A DNA stretch of 32,000 bases from contig NZ_CP011304.1 in assembly GCF_000981785.2 (NCBI RefSeq), forward strand, positions 1,110,001-1,142,000. The letters run 5' to 3'. Shown one piece after another: positions 1 to 10,184 of the stretch; position 1 is the stretch's first letter, and each line of letters opens with the position of its first letter. A program made the translations under genes and the position numbers. The stretch is from Microcystis aeruginosa NIES-2549. GTDB taxonomy: Bacteria; Cyanobacteriota; Cyanobacteriia; Cyanobacteriales; Microcystaceae. The notes under the pieces were generated by a model that saw nothing but the letters and a program-made list of their open reading frames with translations, ran no database searches and was not told where the DNA came from.

Positions 1-183
1 GATCTGTTCAGGGATTTCTCTTCCTTGCCACTCTTAGGACTTTTTCTTAACAAAACTTAACAATTGATGGCAAAATTTTGCTTGCTTTTGTGGGCAGATT
101 TTGGGATAATATTTTTAAAAGAGTTTATTCATAATCGGAATCTAAGCAATTGCTGATAAACACAAACATCCCATTATGAAACA

Positions 184-212
184 AGCATAACCCAAGCCGC
201 CGCCAAAGTCAA
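184..212 (-). promoter_or_regulatory. candidate sigma70-type promoter reading toward the window start
   Basis: Minus strand reads TTGACT, 17 nt, TATGCT (plus coordinates 207-212 and 184-189). No ORF follows inside the window. Confidence 0.25.
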
Positions 213-274
213 GCACTTACTCTAATTATTTTTCGCCTGAAACTTCTAATTCCGTGGGGGGTTGGGGGTATGAA

Positions 275-1294
275 TTAAAATAACAAAGGTTGAAACCCGT
301 GTTTGCGGGAAGCTGCGCCGATTTGTTCCATTTTAGGGACGGTAATTTGATTGCGTCCCCAGGAAAAATTAGTTTGCCAACCCTCCAACTCCAATAAAAT
401 CGCCTCGGCAAAACAGGCAAACATTTGACGAGAGGGAATATCCATATTAACGATTTTCATAATTTTCCAGTCAATATCGAGGGAATGCTCGACAATGCCG
501 CCCTTAATCACCGAAATATCGGGGGCATTTAACACCATGCCTAAATTTTTCGGATAACCACCATCAATAATAATACAGGGGCGCTTGAGTTTATCTAGAT
601 CAATTTCCACCCCTTTAGGCATACTAGCCACCCAAACAATGATATCAGCTAGGGGTAAAGCCTCCTCTAGGGGAAGAATTTTACCGCGTCCTAACTCCTC
701 TTGGAGAGATTGTAAACGCTCTTGATTGCGTGCCACATAGATTAGTTCTTTTGTATCGGTTTTTTCATTTAACCAACGACAAACGGCGCTGCCGATATCT
801 CCAGTTGCCCCGCAAACCACGACAGTAGATTGAGCGAAATCGATGCCCATTTTTTCAGCGAGGGTTTCTACCTGAGTGCAGATGACGTAAGCGGTGTGGG
901 TGTTACCGGTGGTGAAACGGCCAAAATCTAGCTCGATATTGCGCACCTGTCGATTATCTTTGAGATTAAACTCCTCGAAAATAATTGAAGAAAAACCGCC
1001 GAGTGCGGTGATATTGATATCACTTTTTTGAGCGAGTGCCATGGCATTTAGCACCTTACGAATAGCAGACTTTACCCAACGATTCGACAACATCTCTGGT
1101 AAAAAACAGGATTCGATATATTTTCCTCTGATGGTTTGCCCCGTGATGCTGGTGACATGAAAATCATCGACAATTTGCGGGGGGGCAGCACACCAAAAAT
1201 CTAATCCCTGGTTAGCATATTCAGGATAACCTAGATCGTCGGCGACCGATTGGGCGTGTTCTAAACTGGTAAGATGACCTATAAGACCAAACAT
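275..1294 (-). CDS. aar: acyl-ACP reductase (alkane pathway, long-chain fatty aldehyde forming)
   Basis: Translation from [15 protein letters not shown]...[11 protein letters not shown] matches the conserved cyanobacterial AAR N-terminus. It lies directly downstream of ado. The track ORF extends to 1324, but the canonical family start is the ATG at 1294. Confidence 0.93.
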   Translation of the reverse strand: MFGLIGHLTSLEHAQSVADDLGYPEYANQGLDFWCAAPPQIVDDFHVTSITGQTIRGKYIESCFLPEMLSNRWVKSAIRKVLNAMALAQKSDINITALGGFSSIIFEEFNLKDNRQVRNIELDFGRFTTGNTHTAYVICTQVETLAEKMGIDFAQSTVVVCGATGDIGSAVCRWLNEKTDTKELIYVARNQERLQSLQEELGRGKILPLEEALPLADIIVWVASMPKGVEIDLDKLKRPCIIIDGGYPKNLGMVLNAPDISVIKGGIVEHSLDIDWKIMKIVNMDIPSRQMFACFAEAILLELEGWQTNFSWGRNQITVPKMEQIGAASRKHGFQPLLF

Positions 1295-1376
1295 TGATTG
1301 TTCTTTCGTTAGACTAGATGGCACTAGATAAAAATTAGGATATTGCTAAGAAATCGTTAAGACTCTTAAATATAAT

Positions 1377-1406
1377 ACACAAAAGCGCCGCTCTGTGTTG
1401 AGCGGC
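1377..1406 (-). terminator. stem-loop with U-tract between ado and aar (attenuator or partial terminator)
   Basis: Minus strand reads GCCGCTC-AACACA-GAGCGGC followed by GCTTTTGTGT. The stem is at 1387-1406. Confidence 0.4.
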
Positions 1407-1443
1407 AGCCGGGGGGAAGAAAAGAAATTTCGATGCTGAAGCT

Positions 1444-2139
1444 TTAGACAGCAGTTAATCCGTAGGCAGACATTCGCATGATATCACGGGTGCTGAAACC
1501 AATATTGCTTAAAGCTTCCCCGTAGCTAATCATAAAGTCTTCCACGAGGGCCTCTTTTTCCATACCGAGGACGCGAGCATCATCCTCGACTTGATTGAGC
1601 ATTCTCCAGACAATGGGAAGATTAGCGCGATTTGCTGCTTCTAGTTCCTCTTTAGCGGTTTCAAAGTTAGCTTTTAGCCATTCTTCGCCAAAATTGAGAT
1701 GTAAATATTCGTCTTTAACTACGCTTTCAGTAATTTTACGCGCAAAAGGATCAGCAACAGGAATATAAATATTATAGGCAGCGATCGCAAAAGCTTCGAT
1801 AATCAAAGATTGGATTAATAAACAGGTGACAACTTTACCTTCTGCGTAGGCAATTTGGAAGTTCTCGTGCAGAGAGGAAAAGAATGCTCTGGCATAATCC
1901 ATATCAGGAGTGATTTGCAAATTTTGGCCGCAAGCTTGAAAACCTTTCATGTGACGGTTTTCCATTTTTGCCAGACGGTGTAACTCTTCTTTGTTATCGG
2001 CGAGGATGTCTGCTAATTGAATATAATTGCTATTGGCCTCGTATTCGCCTTCAATAACGATGGCATTAATGCGACTATAGGCTGATTTATAGGTTTCGCT
2101 GGTGAAATCAAGCTCTGATGATACAGCAAGCTCTGGCAT
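1444..2139 (-). CDS. ado: aldehyde-deformylating oxygenase (non-heme di-iron, ferritin-like)
   Basis: 231 aa with the hallmark motifs [34 protein letters not shown] and [14 protein letters not shown]. It is paired with aar. Confidence 0.95.
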   Translation of the reverse strand: MPELAVSSELDFTSETYKSAYSRINAIVIEGEYEANSNYIQLADILADNKEELHRLAKMENRHMKGFQACGQNLQITPDMDYARAFFSSLHENFQIAYAEGKVVTCLLIQSLIIEAFAIAAYNIYIPVADPFARKITESVVKDEYLHLNFGEEWLKANFETAKEELEAANRANLPIVWRMLNQVEDDARVLGMEKEALVEDFMISYGEALSNIGFSTRDIMRMSAYGLTAV

Positions 2140-2368
2140 AAACTCGATTGACTCCTATTTCTGACGAGATTTTTCCGACGTTCTTTCCAGTCTAGGGTAA
2201 GCCTTCTAGATGGAGTTATCTTTTTACGAGTCTAGCTCGATCGGTCTTTTTTGTATAGCTTGGCTTGAGAGGCTGACTTCCCAAGTTAGCTATAGCGGTT
2301 ATCTTTTGCCACTGAAAACAAGTTTAGAGGCAACCCCTTCTTAACAGACGAGATTGCCGGCTGTTTGC

Positions 2369-3829
2369 TCAAACCGTGGCCAAAGATTTCTGGCGCTCGG
2401 CCTGTTGTAAGATGGCCCTGGCTGCCTGTTTACCCGATAAAGTGGCTCCTTCCATGCTATCAATGTAATCCTGTTGGGTATAACTACCAGCCAGGAAAAA
2501 GTTAGGGATAGGAGTCGCTTGCGAGGGACGATAGACATCCATCCCCGGTGCTTCCCGATAGAGACTCTGGGCCAATTTCACCACACTAAACCAAGTCATC
2601 TTTAACTCCCGGGAGGAGGGAAATAACTGATGGACTTGCGCTAAAACGTGCTGGGCAATATCTTCATTTTTAGCTTTAATAAAAGGGTCTCCGGGGGTTA
2701 AAACCAACTGTAATAAAGAACCTTCTCCGGGGCGATAATAATCCCTAGGACTGGTGAGAGCAAGATCTGCAAAACAGGAAAAATCCGCTTGGTGGGTGTA
2801 CAAAAGATTGTCAATTCCCACCGCTTTTTGCAGTTGTCGGCGTTTTTCGGCATCATTTAACTCCGTCACCCAACCGTCAAAACGCAATTGTACCGTAGCG
2901 ACGGGGACGGCTTCTAGTCGGAAAATATTGTCAAAAATCGGCATTTTCCGCCAATCTTGGGGAATAAGACGCTGAATACCGGGGACATCACCAGCGCAAA
3001 CATAGGCATCTGCGGTGATAGTTTCCGTGGTTTCTCCGTTAGCGACGATCATGCCATTAACTTGCAGATTTTCGCCCTCTCCAGAATAGAGAATTTCCCG
3101 CACCTGACGACGGGTAGAGATTTTGGCACCCCGTGCCTCCAGATAGTTAATAATCGGTTTATGTAGGTATTCGTGGGGGGAACCTTCCAACATCCGCAGG
3201 ACGGAAGCTTCGGTTTTAGCGGCAAAAAATTGGAAAATCGTCAGCATACAACGGGCCGAGATATTTTCCGTATCGATAAATCCTAAGGCATAGGCGATCG
3301 GATTCCACATTTTTTTTAAACTGCCGTCATTACCGCCATGGCTACGAAACCAATCGGCAAAACTAATCGAGTCTAGATCCCGAATCGTTTTCATCGCTCC
3401 TTGGAAGTCTATCAGACCGCGGACGATGGGACTGGTACCTAAGGCCAGAGAATTAAAGATTTTATCGGCTGCTGAGAGTTGGGAGGAGGTAAAAAAGGCT
3501 TTTAAACCGTTAAAAGGCGCACCTGCGGCGAAACGGAAGTCTAATTCGCCGATTTTTCCCCCTTCGTTGATAAAAGTGTGGGTGTGTTCTTTGAGTAGTA
3601 GGGATTGAAAAGCGCCCACTTTTTTCATTAACTCAAAAAGATTATAGTAACAACCAAAAAAGACGTGCAAGCCCATCTCGATGTGATTACCGTCCGCATC
3701 TACCCAACTACCGACTTTTCCCCCGACAAAGGGACGAGATTCTAAGATTTCTACTGTACAGCCCGCATCGACCAGATCGATAGCTGTTGCCATTCCCGCT
3801 AATCCCGCACCAACGATCACCACTCGCAT
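2369..3829 (-). CDS. crtQ: zeta-carotene desaturase
   Basis: N-terminal FAD-binding [54 protein letters not shown] is ZDS-type rather than PDS-type. Confidence 0.92.
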   Translation of the reverse strand: MRVVIVGAGLAGMATAIDLVDAGCTVEILESRPFVGGKVGSWVDADGNHIEMGLHVFFGCYYNLFELMKKVGAFQSLLLKEHTHTFINEGGKIGELDFRFAAGAPFNGLKAFFTSSQLSAADKIFNSLALGTSPIVRGLIDFQGAMKTIRDLDSISFADWFRSHGGNDGSLKKMWNPIAYALGFIDTENISARCMLTIFQFFAAKTEASVLRMLEGSPHEYLHKPIINYLEARGAKISTRRQVREILYSGEGENLQVNGMIVANGETTETITADAYVCAGDVPGIQRLIPQDWRKMPIFDNIFRLEAVPVATVQLRFDGWVTELNDAEKRRQLQKAVGIDNLLYTHQADFSCFADLALTSPRDYYRPGEGSLLQLVLTPGDPFIKAKNEDIAQHVLAQVHQLFPSSRELKMTWFSVVKLAQSLYREAPGMDVYRPSQATPIPNFFLAGSYTQQDYIDSMEGATLSGKQAARAILQQAERQKSLATV

Positions 3830-3966
3830 TTGTCAAGTTCCTGTTACAATTTTTCACTAAATCTTTATTTTACCCCGATCGGTCTGGTGTTTCTCGCTGG
3901 CGATTTTTTCAGGGTCGCTTGAGGGCGTGGCAGAATAATTGAGAGTTGCACTAGGGAGAAGTCATT

Positions 3967-6405
3967 TTGAAGCGATCGCTAGATGGGAGACAGGGATTAA
4001 TTATTGTCAGTATTATATGGATATTGGGGATATTAGTCGATAGATTCTGGTTTAGTCTCGATCATACTATTCCTGCTTGGGATCAGGCCGATTATCTCAA
4101 CGGTGGGATTATCTATAGCCAAGCTTTCCAAAATCCGCGCTGGTTTGACGGGGATTGGTGGCGCAGTTTATGGCTAATGTCGCCGAAAATTCCCCCTTTA
4201 ACCTATCTTTTAACGATTCCCTTCTTTAATCTCTTTGGTATTAGTCTTGACGCGGGTATGTGGGTAATGGCTATCTATAGCGCCCTACTGCTCTTTTCTG
4301 TGTACGGATTGGGAATTATCCTCTTTAATGGGACTGTGGCTTTATGGGCGGTCTTAATCTGTCAATTTCTACCCGGTTTATACTATTATCGCCTCGAATA
4401 TCTCTTAGATTTTCCCTTAGCGGCAATTGTAACGTTTTCTTACTTATGCTTGACATGGTGGCGATTTAGTGGACAAGGCTGGCCAAAAGCGATCGCTGTG
4501 GGTATTTCTTGCGGTTTAGGGATGTTAGTCAAACAAACCGCCCTATTTTTCCTCTTTTTACCGATTTTGTGGGTATTGGGCGAAAATCTCCGGCGAAAAC
4601 GTTGGGGCAATCTAGCGCAATTAATGCTCAGTTTTTTAACGGCAGCATTGTTAATGTTTCCCTGGTATCGGACGAATTGGTTATTAATGTTAACCGCGGG
4701 CAAACGTGCCACGGTAGATTCGGCGATTTTGGAGGGAGATCCGCCTCTTACCAGTCCAGATGCCTGGACATTTTACGCCCAAGTTTTACCCTATTTTCTT
4801 TCTTGGGTATTGTTATTAGTTCCCGTGGTGGGATTATTAATCTCATTACGCCATAGAAAAACCGAAGATAAGGTTAATCGTCCTGTGTGGATTTGGTTAG
4901 GAGTTTTTCTGCTGGGGGGATACCTATTATCATCCCTCAACATCAATAAAGATGCTCGTTATATTTTGCCGCTTTTACCGACTTTATCCTTAATTTTATC
5001 CGTTGGTTTATTATCTTGGCGTGGTCGTTTTGGTCCTGGTATCCGTTGGGGAACGATAACTATTGCCGCTATCCTCACCAGCTTAAATTTATTCCCCTTG
5101 GGGGGAGATATAATTACTAACGTTTTCAGTCCCGAATTACAACACCATCCCTATTTAAAAACCGGCTGGCAAAACGAAGAAGTAGTTAAAGAGATTCTAG
5201 CCGATTCTCCCTATCTTCGCAGCACTCTAGGGGTTTTACCTTCCACCCCCGAATTAAATCAACATACCTTCTCTTTCTACGGTGGTAAACATAATTCCCA
5301 GGTTGCCGGCAGACAGGTGGGAGTTCGGGAAGAAGATATCGAAAAGGATGTCAATTCTTTAGATTGGTTTTTAACTAAAACTGGTGAACAGGGTTCCGTC
5401 CCCGATGTCCAGAAAAAAATTGTTAATCGAGTCGCCACCGGGCCAGATTTCCAAGTGGAGAAAACTTGGCAGCTGCCAGATGATAGTACCCTGTCCCTAC
5501 ACCGAAAAATATATCCTTCCGTCACGGTTAAACCCCTTGACAATGCGCCAAAACGGGTGGAATTAAGAGAGATTGCTATTGCCGAAAAAGCTTCTCCTAA
5601 TCAACCCATTCCCGTGGTTTATAAATGGGCCGGAGACTGGCAACAATTAAAGTCAGGGATAGTGATTTTAAACTGGCAAGAAGTGGACGGTAAGGATTAT
5701 TGGATGCACGATCACGGTATTGCTATGGGGAGATTAATGGCAGAAAAATTAACTCCAGAAGAGCAACAAAAGGGTTTTGAAGTCACTGAAAAAACCGCCA
5801 TGCAGTCGGCAGCAACCCCCGGAGTTTATCGCTTATCTGCTGTCTATCTCAATCGGGAAACTGGCGAAACCTATCCGATTAAAACTAACGCTCAAATTAC
5901 CATCGATCCTCAAGTTGCCAAGTTAGCAACGCCCCAATTAGATTTAGTGACCCAATTGCGCTTAAAGTCTGCTAATATTGGTCAAGGATTAACGGGTATT
6001 GAGCCAATTTTTGAGTTAACTAATCGTATCAATCAATACGATTCGATTCAGGATTATGTGCTGCAAGCAGACAAGGCTTTTTCCTATCGTTTACAGCAAC
6101 AAAATCCCCCCGATAAGTTATCTTTAGCCTACGGATTAGCAATTTCTAAGGTACTACAACAGGATGTGGCAGGGGCAATAAAAGCCACGGAGGAAATGAT
6201 TAAAATTGACCCCCATAATCCCTATCATTATGCTTATCAAGGTTTTATTTATCTCTACGATTGGCAACCGCAAGCAGCCCAAAAAGTCTTAGATAAAGCT
6301 AGACAATTAAATCCCGATAGTGAGGAAATTAAGACTTTAAATGCAGTGGCTGCCTTGATGGGGGGAAATCTCGTTAAAGCTTGGCAATTATGGCAGTCAA
6401 ATTAA
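3967..6405 (+). CDS. GT39/ArnT-PMT_2-like membrane glycosyltransferase with C-terminal TPR region
   Basis: 812 aa. The N-terminal roughly 400 aa are polytopic and resemble the dolichyl/undecaprenyl-phosphate sugar transferase family. The C-terminus has TPR-like repeats (IDPHNPYHYAYQGFIYL..., ARQLNPDSEE). It has a TTG start, so the start is uncertain. Confidence 0.72.
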   Translation: MKRSLDGRQGLIIVSIIWILGILVDRFWFSLDHTIPAWDQADYLNGGIIYSQAFQNPRWFDGDWWRSLWLMSPKIPPLTYLLTIPFFNLFGISLDAGMWVMAIYSALLLFSVYGLGIILFNGTVALWAVLICQFLPGLYYYRLEYLLDFPLAAIVTFSYLCLTWWRFSGQGWPKAIAVGISCGLGMLVKQTALFFLFLPILWVLGENLRRKRWGNLAQLMLSFLTAALLMFPWYRTNWLLMLTAGKRATVDSAILEGDPPLTSPDAWTFYAQVLPYFLSWVLLLVPVVGLLISLRHRKTEDKVNRPVWIWLGVFLLGGYLLSSLNINKDARYILPLLPTLSLILSVGLLSWRGRFGPGIRWGTITIAAILTSLNLFPLGGDIITNVFSPELQHHPYLKTGWQNEEVVKEILADSPYLRSTLGVLPSTPELNQHTFSFYGGKHNSQVAGRQVGVREEDIEKDVNSLDWFLTKTGEQGSVPDVQKKIVNRVATGPDFQVEKTWQLPDDSTLSLHRKIYPSVTVKPLDNAPKRVELREIAIAEKASPNQPIPVVYKWAGDWQQLKSGIVILNWQEVDGKDYWMHDHGIAMGRLMAEKLTPEEQQKGFEVTEKTAMQSAATPGVYRLSAVYLNRETGETYPIKTNAQITIDPQVAKLATPQLDLVTQLRLKSANIGQGLTGIEPIFELTNRINQYDSIQDYVLQADKAFSYRLQQQNPPDKLSLAYGLAISKVLQQDVAGAIKATEEMIKIDPHNPYHYAYQGFIYLYDWQPQAAQKVLDKARQLNPDSEEIKTLNAVAALMGGNLVKAWQLWQSN

Positions 6406-6413
6406 AATAGAGT

Positions 6414-6460
6414 GGGGTGTAGGGTGTGGGGTGTGGGGTGTAGGGTGTGGGGTGTGGGGA
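6414..6460 (+). repeat. tandem heptamer array (A/G)GGGTGT, about 6.7 copies
   Basis: Read directly. It starts 9 nt after the stop codon of the 3967-6405 CDS. Confidence 0.95.
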
Positions 6461-6934
6461 AGGAAACCTCTTTCATCTGTGGTGGTGAAAAATTTTTCAT
6501 CGGGACTGAAATGGTAGATGTGGGATTTTTGCAGGAGTTCTATTTTCCGACAAAGATAAGTAAAAATTATTGATTTACTGCAAAAACTTGAGAATATTTA
6601 AATTAACATTCCGCAATATTTATAAATTCTTAAGAATTAATTGAGAAAGATTTTTATTTAACAACGACGTTATGCTAGTTACAGCGATTTGATAGAATTT
6701 CATAATGGGTTATTCTGTGCTTTTTTGGGCAGCAATGGTTGAAACCCTTGCCACACCTAGAAGGTGATCCTAATTAAGACGGGTAAATCAGTCAATTTCA
6801 CCCACAACGATGATCTTTTTTTTGTGTAGTTTTATTGCAAAAAAAAAGTTTTTTTGACAAAAAGCACAAAGTATGATAGAAACCCAAGGTATTTCTGGTT
6901 GCGAGTAATTATTGTAGAGAAGGGAGATGGGAGA

Positions 6935-7001
6935 GGGGTGTGGGGTGTGGGGTGTGGGGTGTGGGGTGTGGGGTGTGGGGTGTGGGGTGTGGGGTGTGGG
7001 G
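6935..7001 (+). repeat. tandem heptamer array GGGGTGT, about 9.5 perfect copies
   Basis: Read directly. It creates the artefactual ORF 6854-7063 (GVWGVGCG repeats). Confidence 0.97.
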
Positions 7002-7043
7002 AGAAGCTTTTTTCAGTGTTGCCAAAGGCACGGCGTAGCCGTC

Positions 7044-7141
7044 CAGTAAACAGTAATCAGTGAACTGAAAACTCACATCTGACTCCTGAATACTGACTCC
7101 TGACTCCTGAATACTGACTCCTGACTCCTGCCTCCTATCTC
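7044..7141 (+). repeat. 14 phase-locked heptamers (CAGTAAA CAGTAAT CAGTGAA CTGAAAA CTCACAT then CTGACTC/CTGAATA units)
   Basis: Read directly. A single 7-nt phase is kept across the whole array. It ends 13 nt from the leuC stop. Confidence 0.9.
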
Positions 7142-7154
7142 ACCATTGAGACAA

Positions 7155-8555
7155 CTACTGTAACAACTCCCTGGGATCGGTGACTTCCCCTTTAATCGCT
7201 GCCGCTACCACCATCGCCGGACTCATCAACAAAGTACGCCCGGAGGCGGAACCTTGACGACCTTTAAAGTTGCGATTGGAGGAGGAAGCGCTGATCTGAT
7301 CTCCCTGCAATTTATCGGGATTCATGGCTAAACACATGGAACAGCCAGCCTCACGCCATTCAAAGCCCGATGCTAGGAAAATTTGGTCTAATCCTTCTGC
7401 TTCCGCCTGTTTTTTGACTCTTTCGGAACCGGGGACGATAAAAGCTTTCACATGGGGGGCCACATGATGACCTTGGGCAAATTTGGCTGCTTCGCGCAGA
7501 TCACTGATCCGGCCGTTAGTACAGCTACCGACGAAGCAGACATCGATTTTTGTGCCTTTAATCGGGGCGCCGGGGGTGAGTTTCATGTATTGATAGGCTT
7601 CCTCTGCGATCGCTCTTTCACTGGCCGGTAAACTTTCGGGAGTGGGAATGACTTCGTTAACCCCGATTCCTTGGCCTGGAGTAATCCCCCAAGTAACTGT
7701 GGGTTCGATTTCGCCGGCATCAAAGACCACCACATCGTCATAAACCGCATCGGCATCGCTTTTAATGCTTTCCCACCAATTAACCGCACTTTCCCAGTCT
7801 TTAGGCGCAAAATCACGACCTTTGAGGTAATCGTAGGTGATTTGATCGGGGTTGATATAACCACATCGGGCCCCACCTTCGATCGCCATGTTACAAATCG
7901 TCATCCTTTCTTCCATGGACATCCGTTCAATTGTACTGCCAGCGTACTCGTAGGCGTAACCAACACCGCCTTTAACGCCCAATTGACGGATAATATGGAG
8001 AATTACATCTTTAGCATAGACACCGGGGTTTAAATCGCCGTTTACCTCCACTCGACGCACTTTTAATTTCGATAGGGATAGGGTTTGGGTAGCAAGAACA
8101 TCGCGTACTTGGGAAGTGCCGATGCCAAAAGCGATCGCCCCAAAAGCGCCGTGGGTGGAGGTGTGGGAGTCACCACAGGCGATCGTCATCCCGGGTTGGG
8201 TTAGGCCCTGTTCAGGAGCGATCACATGAACTATGCCCTGATTGCCAGAACCGATGCCGTAGAAAGGAATATGATTGGTTTGAACATTAGTTTCGATCGC
8301 TCGGATCATTTCCTCAGCCAAATCGTCAAGGAAAGGACGCGCCTGATTTTCGGTGGGGACGATGTGATCGACGGTGGCAATAGTCCGTCCTGGAAATAAT
8401 ACTTTTAAACCCCTTTCTCTCAGCATCGAAAAAGCTTGGGGACTGGTGACTTCATGGACTAGATGCAGTCCGATAAATAATTGTGTTTGTCCACTGGGAA
8501 GAATCTTAACCGTGTGTGCGTCCCAGACTTTATCGAATAATGTTCTTGCGCTCAT
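7155..8555 (-). CDS. leuC: 3-isopropylmalate dehydratase large subunit
   Basis: Aconitase-family motifs are present ([38 protein letters not shown]). The likely start is [14 protein letters not shown] at 8555. The track ORF extends to 8588. Confidence 0.95.
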   Translation of the reverse strand: MSARTLFDKVWDAHTVKILPSGQTQLFIGLHLVHEVTSPQAFSMLRERGLKVLFPGRTIATVDHIVPTENQARPFLDDLAEEMIRAIETNVQTNHIPFYGIGSGNQGIVHVIAPEQGLTQPGMTIACGDSHTSTHGAFGAIAFGIGTSQVRDVLATQTLSLSKLKVRRVEVNGDLNPGVYAKDVILHIIRQLGVKGGVGYAYEYAGSTIERMSMEERMTICNMAIEGGARCGYINPDQITYDYLKGRDFAPKDWESAVNWWESIKSDADAVYDDVVVFDAGEIEPTVTWGITPGQGIGVNEVIPTPESLPASERAIAEEAYQYMKLTPGAPIKGTKIDVCFVGSCTNGRISDLREAAKFAQGHHVAPHVKAFIVPGSERVKKQAEAEGLDQIFLASGFEWREAGCSMCLAMNPDKLQGDQISASSSNRNFKGRQGSASGRTLLMSPAMVVAAAIKGEVTDPRELLQ

Positions 8556-8832
8556 TGACTTTGGAATGATAGTCATCTCCCTAATCATATCAGCTAACCC
8601 CAGCCGATAAATATTAATTTTTTCTTTTCTCTTGGTTAGTAGGGCTAATTAGGTAAATAGCTCAGTTTTTCCTCGCTTAAAACCATAAGTTTTTGATTGA
8701 AATCAACGACTTTCGCTAATAATTATTTGAGTAATTACTTCTGCTCCTTACCCTCCGTTTCCTATAATCTTTCAAGAGGATTTAGTATAACATTCTCTTG
8801 ATTTTACCCCAGAAGCCATAGCAATAAAAAAA

Positions 8833-9831
8833 TTATTCTTTTCTTGTCACCGCTAAATTATGCTCGCTAACGCTCCTATTCAGATAAATTTCTCCGAGAA
8901 CAATTAATCCTAGAATCAGAGGTAAACTCAGCCATGCTCCTAGAATTCCTAAATAGTTAATACTAATAGCAATCAGGAGAGTTACCCCCATATAAATAAT
9001 CGCTACTTGTGAATGAGACAAGCCAGATTTTTGTAATCTTTGATAAAGGTGACTGCGGTGAGCTTGGAAGATATTTTCCTTTCTAAATAATCGACAAATC
9101 AGGGTATAAATAGCATCACCAATCAGAGGGAAAGTGATAGTTAAAGCTGACCAAAATTGACTTTGATTGTCTTGGTTATTAAGTAAAACCATAGCGACAA
9201 TTGCCCCTAGACTGGTGCTACCCACATCGCCCATAAAAATTTTCGCTGGCGACCAATTCCAGAGGAGAAAACCGCCTAAAGCTGCCACTAAAAGCCATAA
9301 AATTGGTTGCTGAAAATAGAGAGCGAGAAATCCTAATTGTACCGCCGTACAGCCAGCCACCAAGCCATCGAGACCATCCATAAAATTATAAAAATTAATG
9401 ATCGCGGTCAGACCGATAATTGTGAGAATAATAGCCAAAATTTTGCCGCCAAAACCCAAATCTGATAGCCACGATTGGGGAAAAGCACCGAAAAAAGTCA
9501 CCGCAACACTAGCGGAGGATAACTGGACTAAATAGCGAATACTAGAGGGAATACCGCGACGATCATCGAGAAGGCCGATAATAATTAAAGGAGTCAGGGA
9601 TAACCATAGGGGAATAAGAGGTAGGGAAGGAGAAAGGAGAAAATAACTGAGGCCGCTGGTCAGAGCAAAAGCGACGACAAAACCGAGTCCACCTCCCCTG
9701 GGTGTGGGTTGACTATGGCTGCTACGCTCATTGGGAATATCTAACAATTGTTGGCTAAAACGTTGTTTAATCAGGGCAACCACCAGAAAACTAATCAGAA
9801 AACTGATGACTGAGAGTAGGGATAATAACAT
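8833..9831 (-). CDS. GT4 family polyprenyl-phosphate N-acetylhexosamine-1-phosphate transferase (MraY/WecA-like)
   Basis: Polytopic membrane protein with LDDRRGI and NFYNFMDGLDGL motifs. The ATG at 9831 is preferred over the TTG at 9882. Confidence 0.85.
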   Translation of the reverse strand: MLLSLLSVISFLISFLVVALIKQRFSQQLLDIPNERSSHSQPTPRGGGLGFVVAFALTSGLSYFLLSPSLPLIPLWLSLTPLIIIGLLDDRRGIPSSIRYLVQLSSASVAVTFFGAFPQSWLSDLGFGGKILAIILTIIGLTAIINFYNFMDGLDGLVAGCTAVQLGFLALYFQQPILWLLVAALGGFLLWNWSPAKIFMGDVGSTSLGAIVAMVLLNNQDNQSQFWSALTITFPLIGDAIYTLICRLFRKENIFQAHRSHLYQRLQKSGLSHSQVAIIYMGVTLLIAISINYLGILGAWLSLPLILGLIVLGEIYLNRSVSEHNLAVTRKE

Positions 9832-10184
9832 AGGGATTTTTGCGCTCAGATTAATTATCGATCCTACGCTGTTCGGTGACAAAAAGTAACGAAAAAAGTC
9901 AATTATTTCTTTGTCGGGAGATTAACAACTGAAATAGTATCTCTGATCTGCTCCTCTACGGTGAAAATTTATTTACGGAGTTTCTCACAAAGATAAAGTA
10001 TAATATTATCGATAGCTAAACTGCACAAAAAATGACAGCATATTCAGTAGAATTTGGTCAAAAATCCTCGACTATTGTGGCTAACCTGAATTCGTCGTTA
10101 ACAATATGTAACAAAAAAGATGAACGGTCAACTGCCATATAATCTATTCTAGTATTGATAAATCATTCTAGTAGTGATCGCCTC

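Noticed and set aside
226-420. 64-aa minus-strand ORF overlapping the aar 3' end
   Set aside because: It lies in an alternative frame of aar plus a G-rich repeat, and its translation is implausible.
2341-3608. Short ORFs 2341-2538(-), 2754-2975(+), 2957-3166(+) and 3426-3608(+) overlapping crtQ
   Set aside because: They lie in alternative frames or antisense to a strongly supported conserved gene. Their translations are Arg/Ser-rich and non-protein-like.
6854-7063. 69-aa ORF translating to GVWGVGCGVWGVGCG...
   Set aside because: It is purely a translation of the GGGGTGT tandem array. It is non-coding repeat with no start context.
6414-7141. Possibility that the short repeat arrays (also 12852-13320) are CRISPR arrays
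   Set aside because: The units are 7-8 nt tandem repeats without spacers. The 85-bp repeat has no repeat-spacer periodicity. No cas genes are present in the window.
7583-8610. ORFs 7583-7876(-), 7671-8033(+) and 8374-8610(+) overlapping leuC
   Set aside because: They are shadow ORFs of leuC and no independent support was found.
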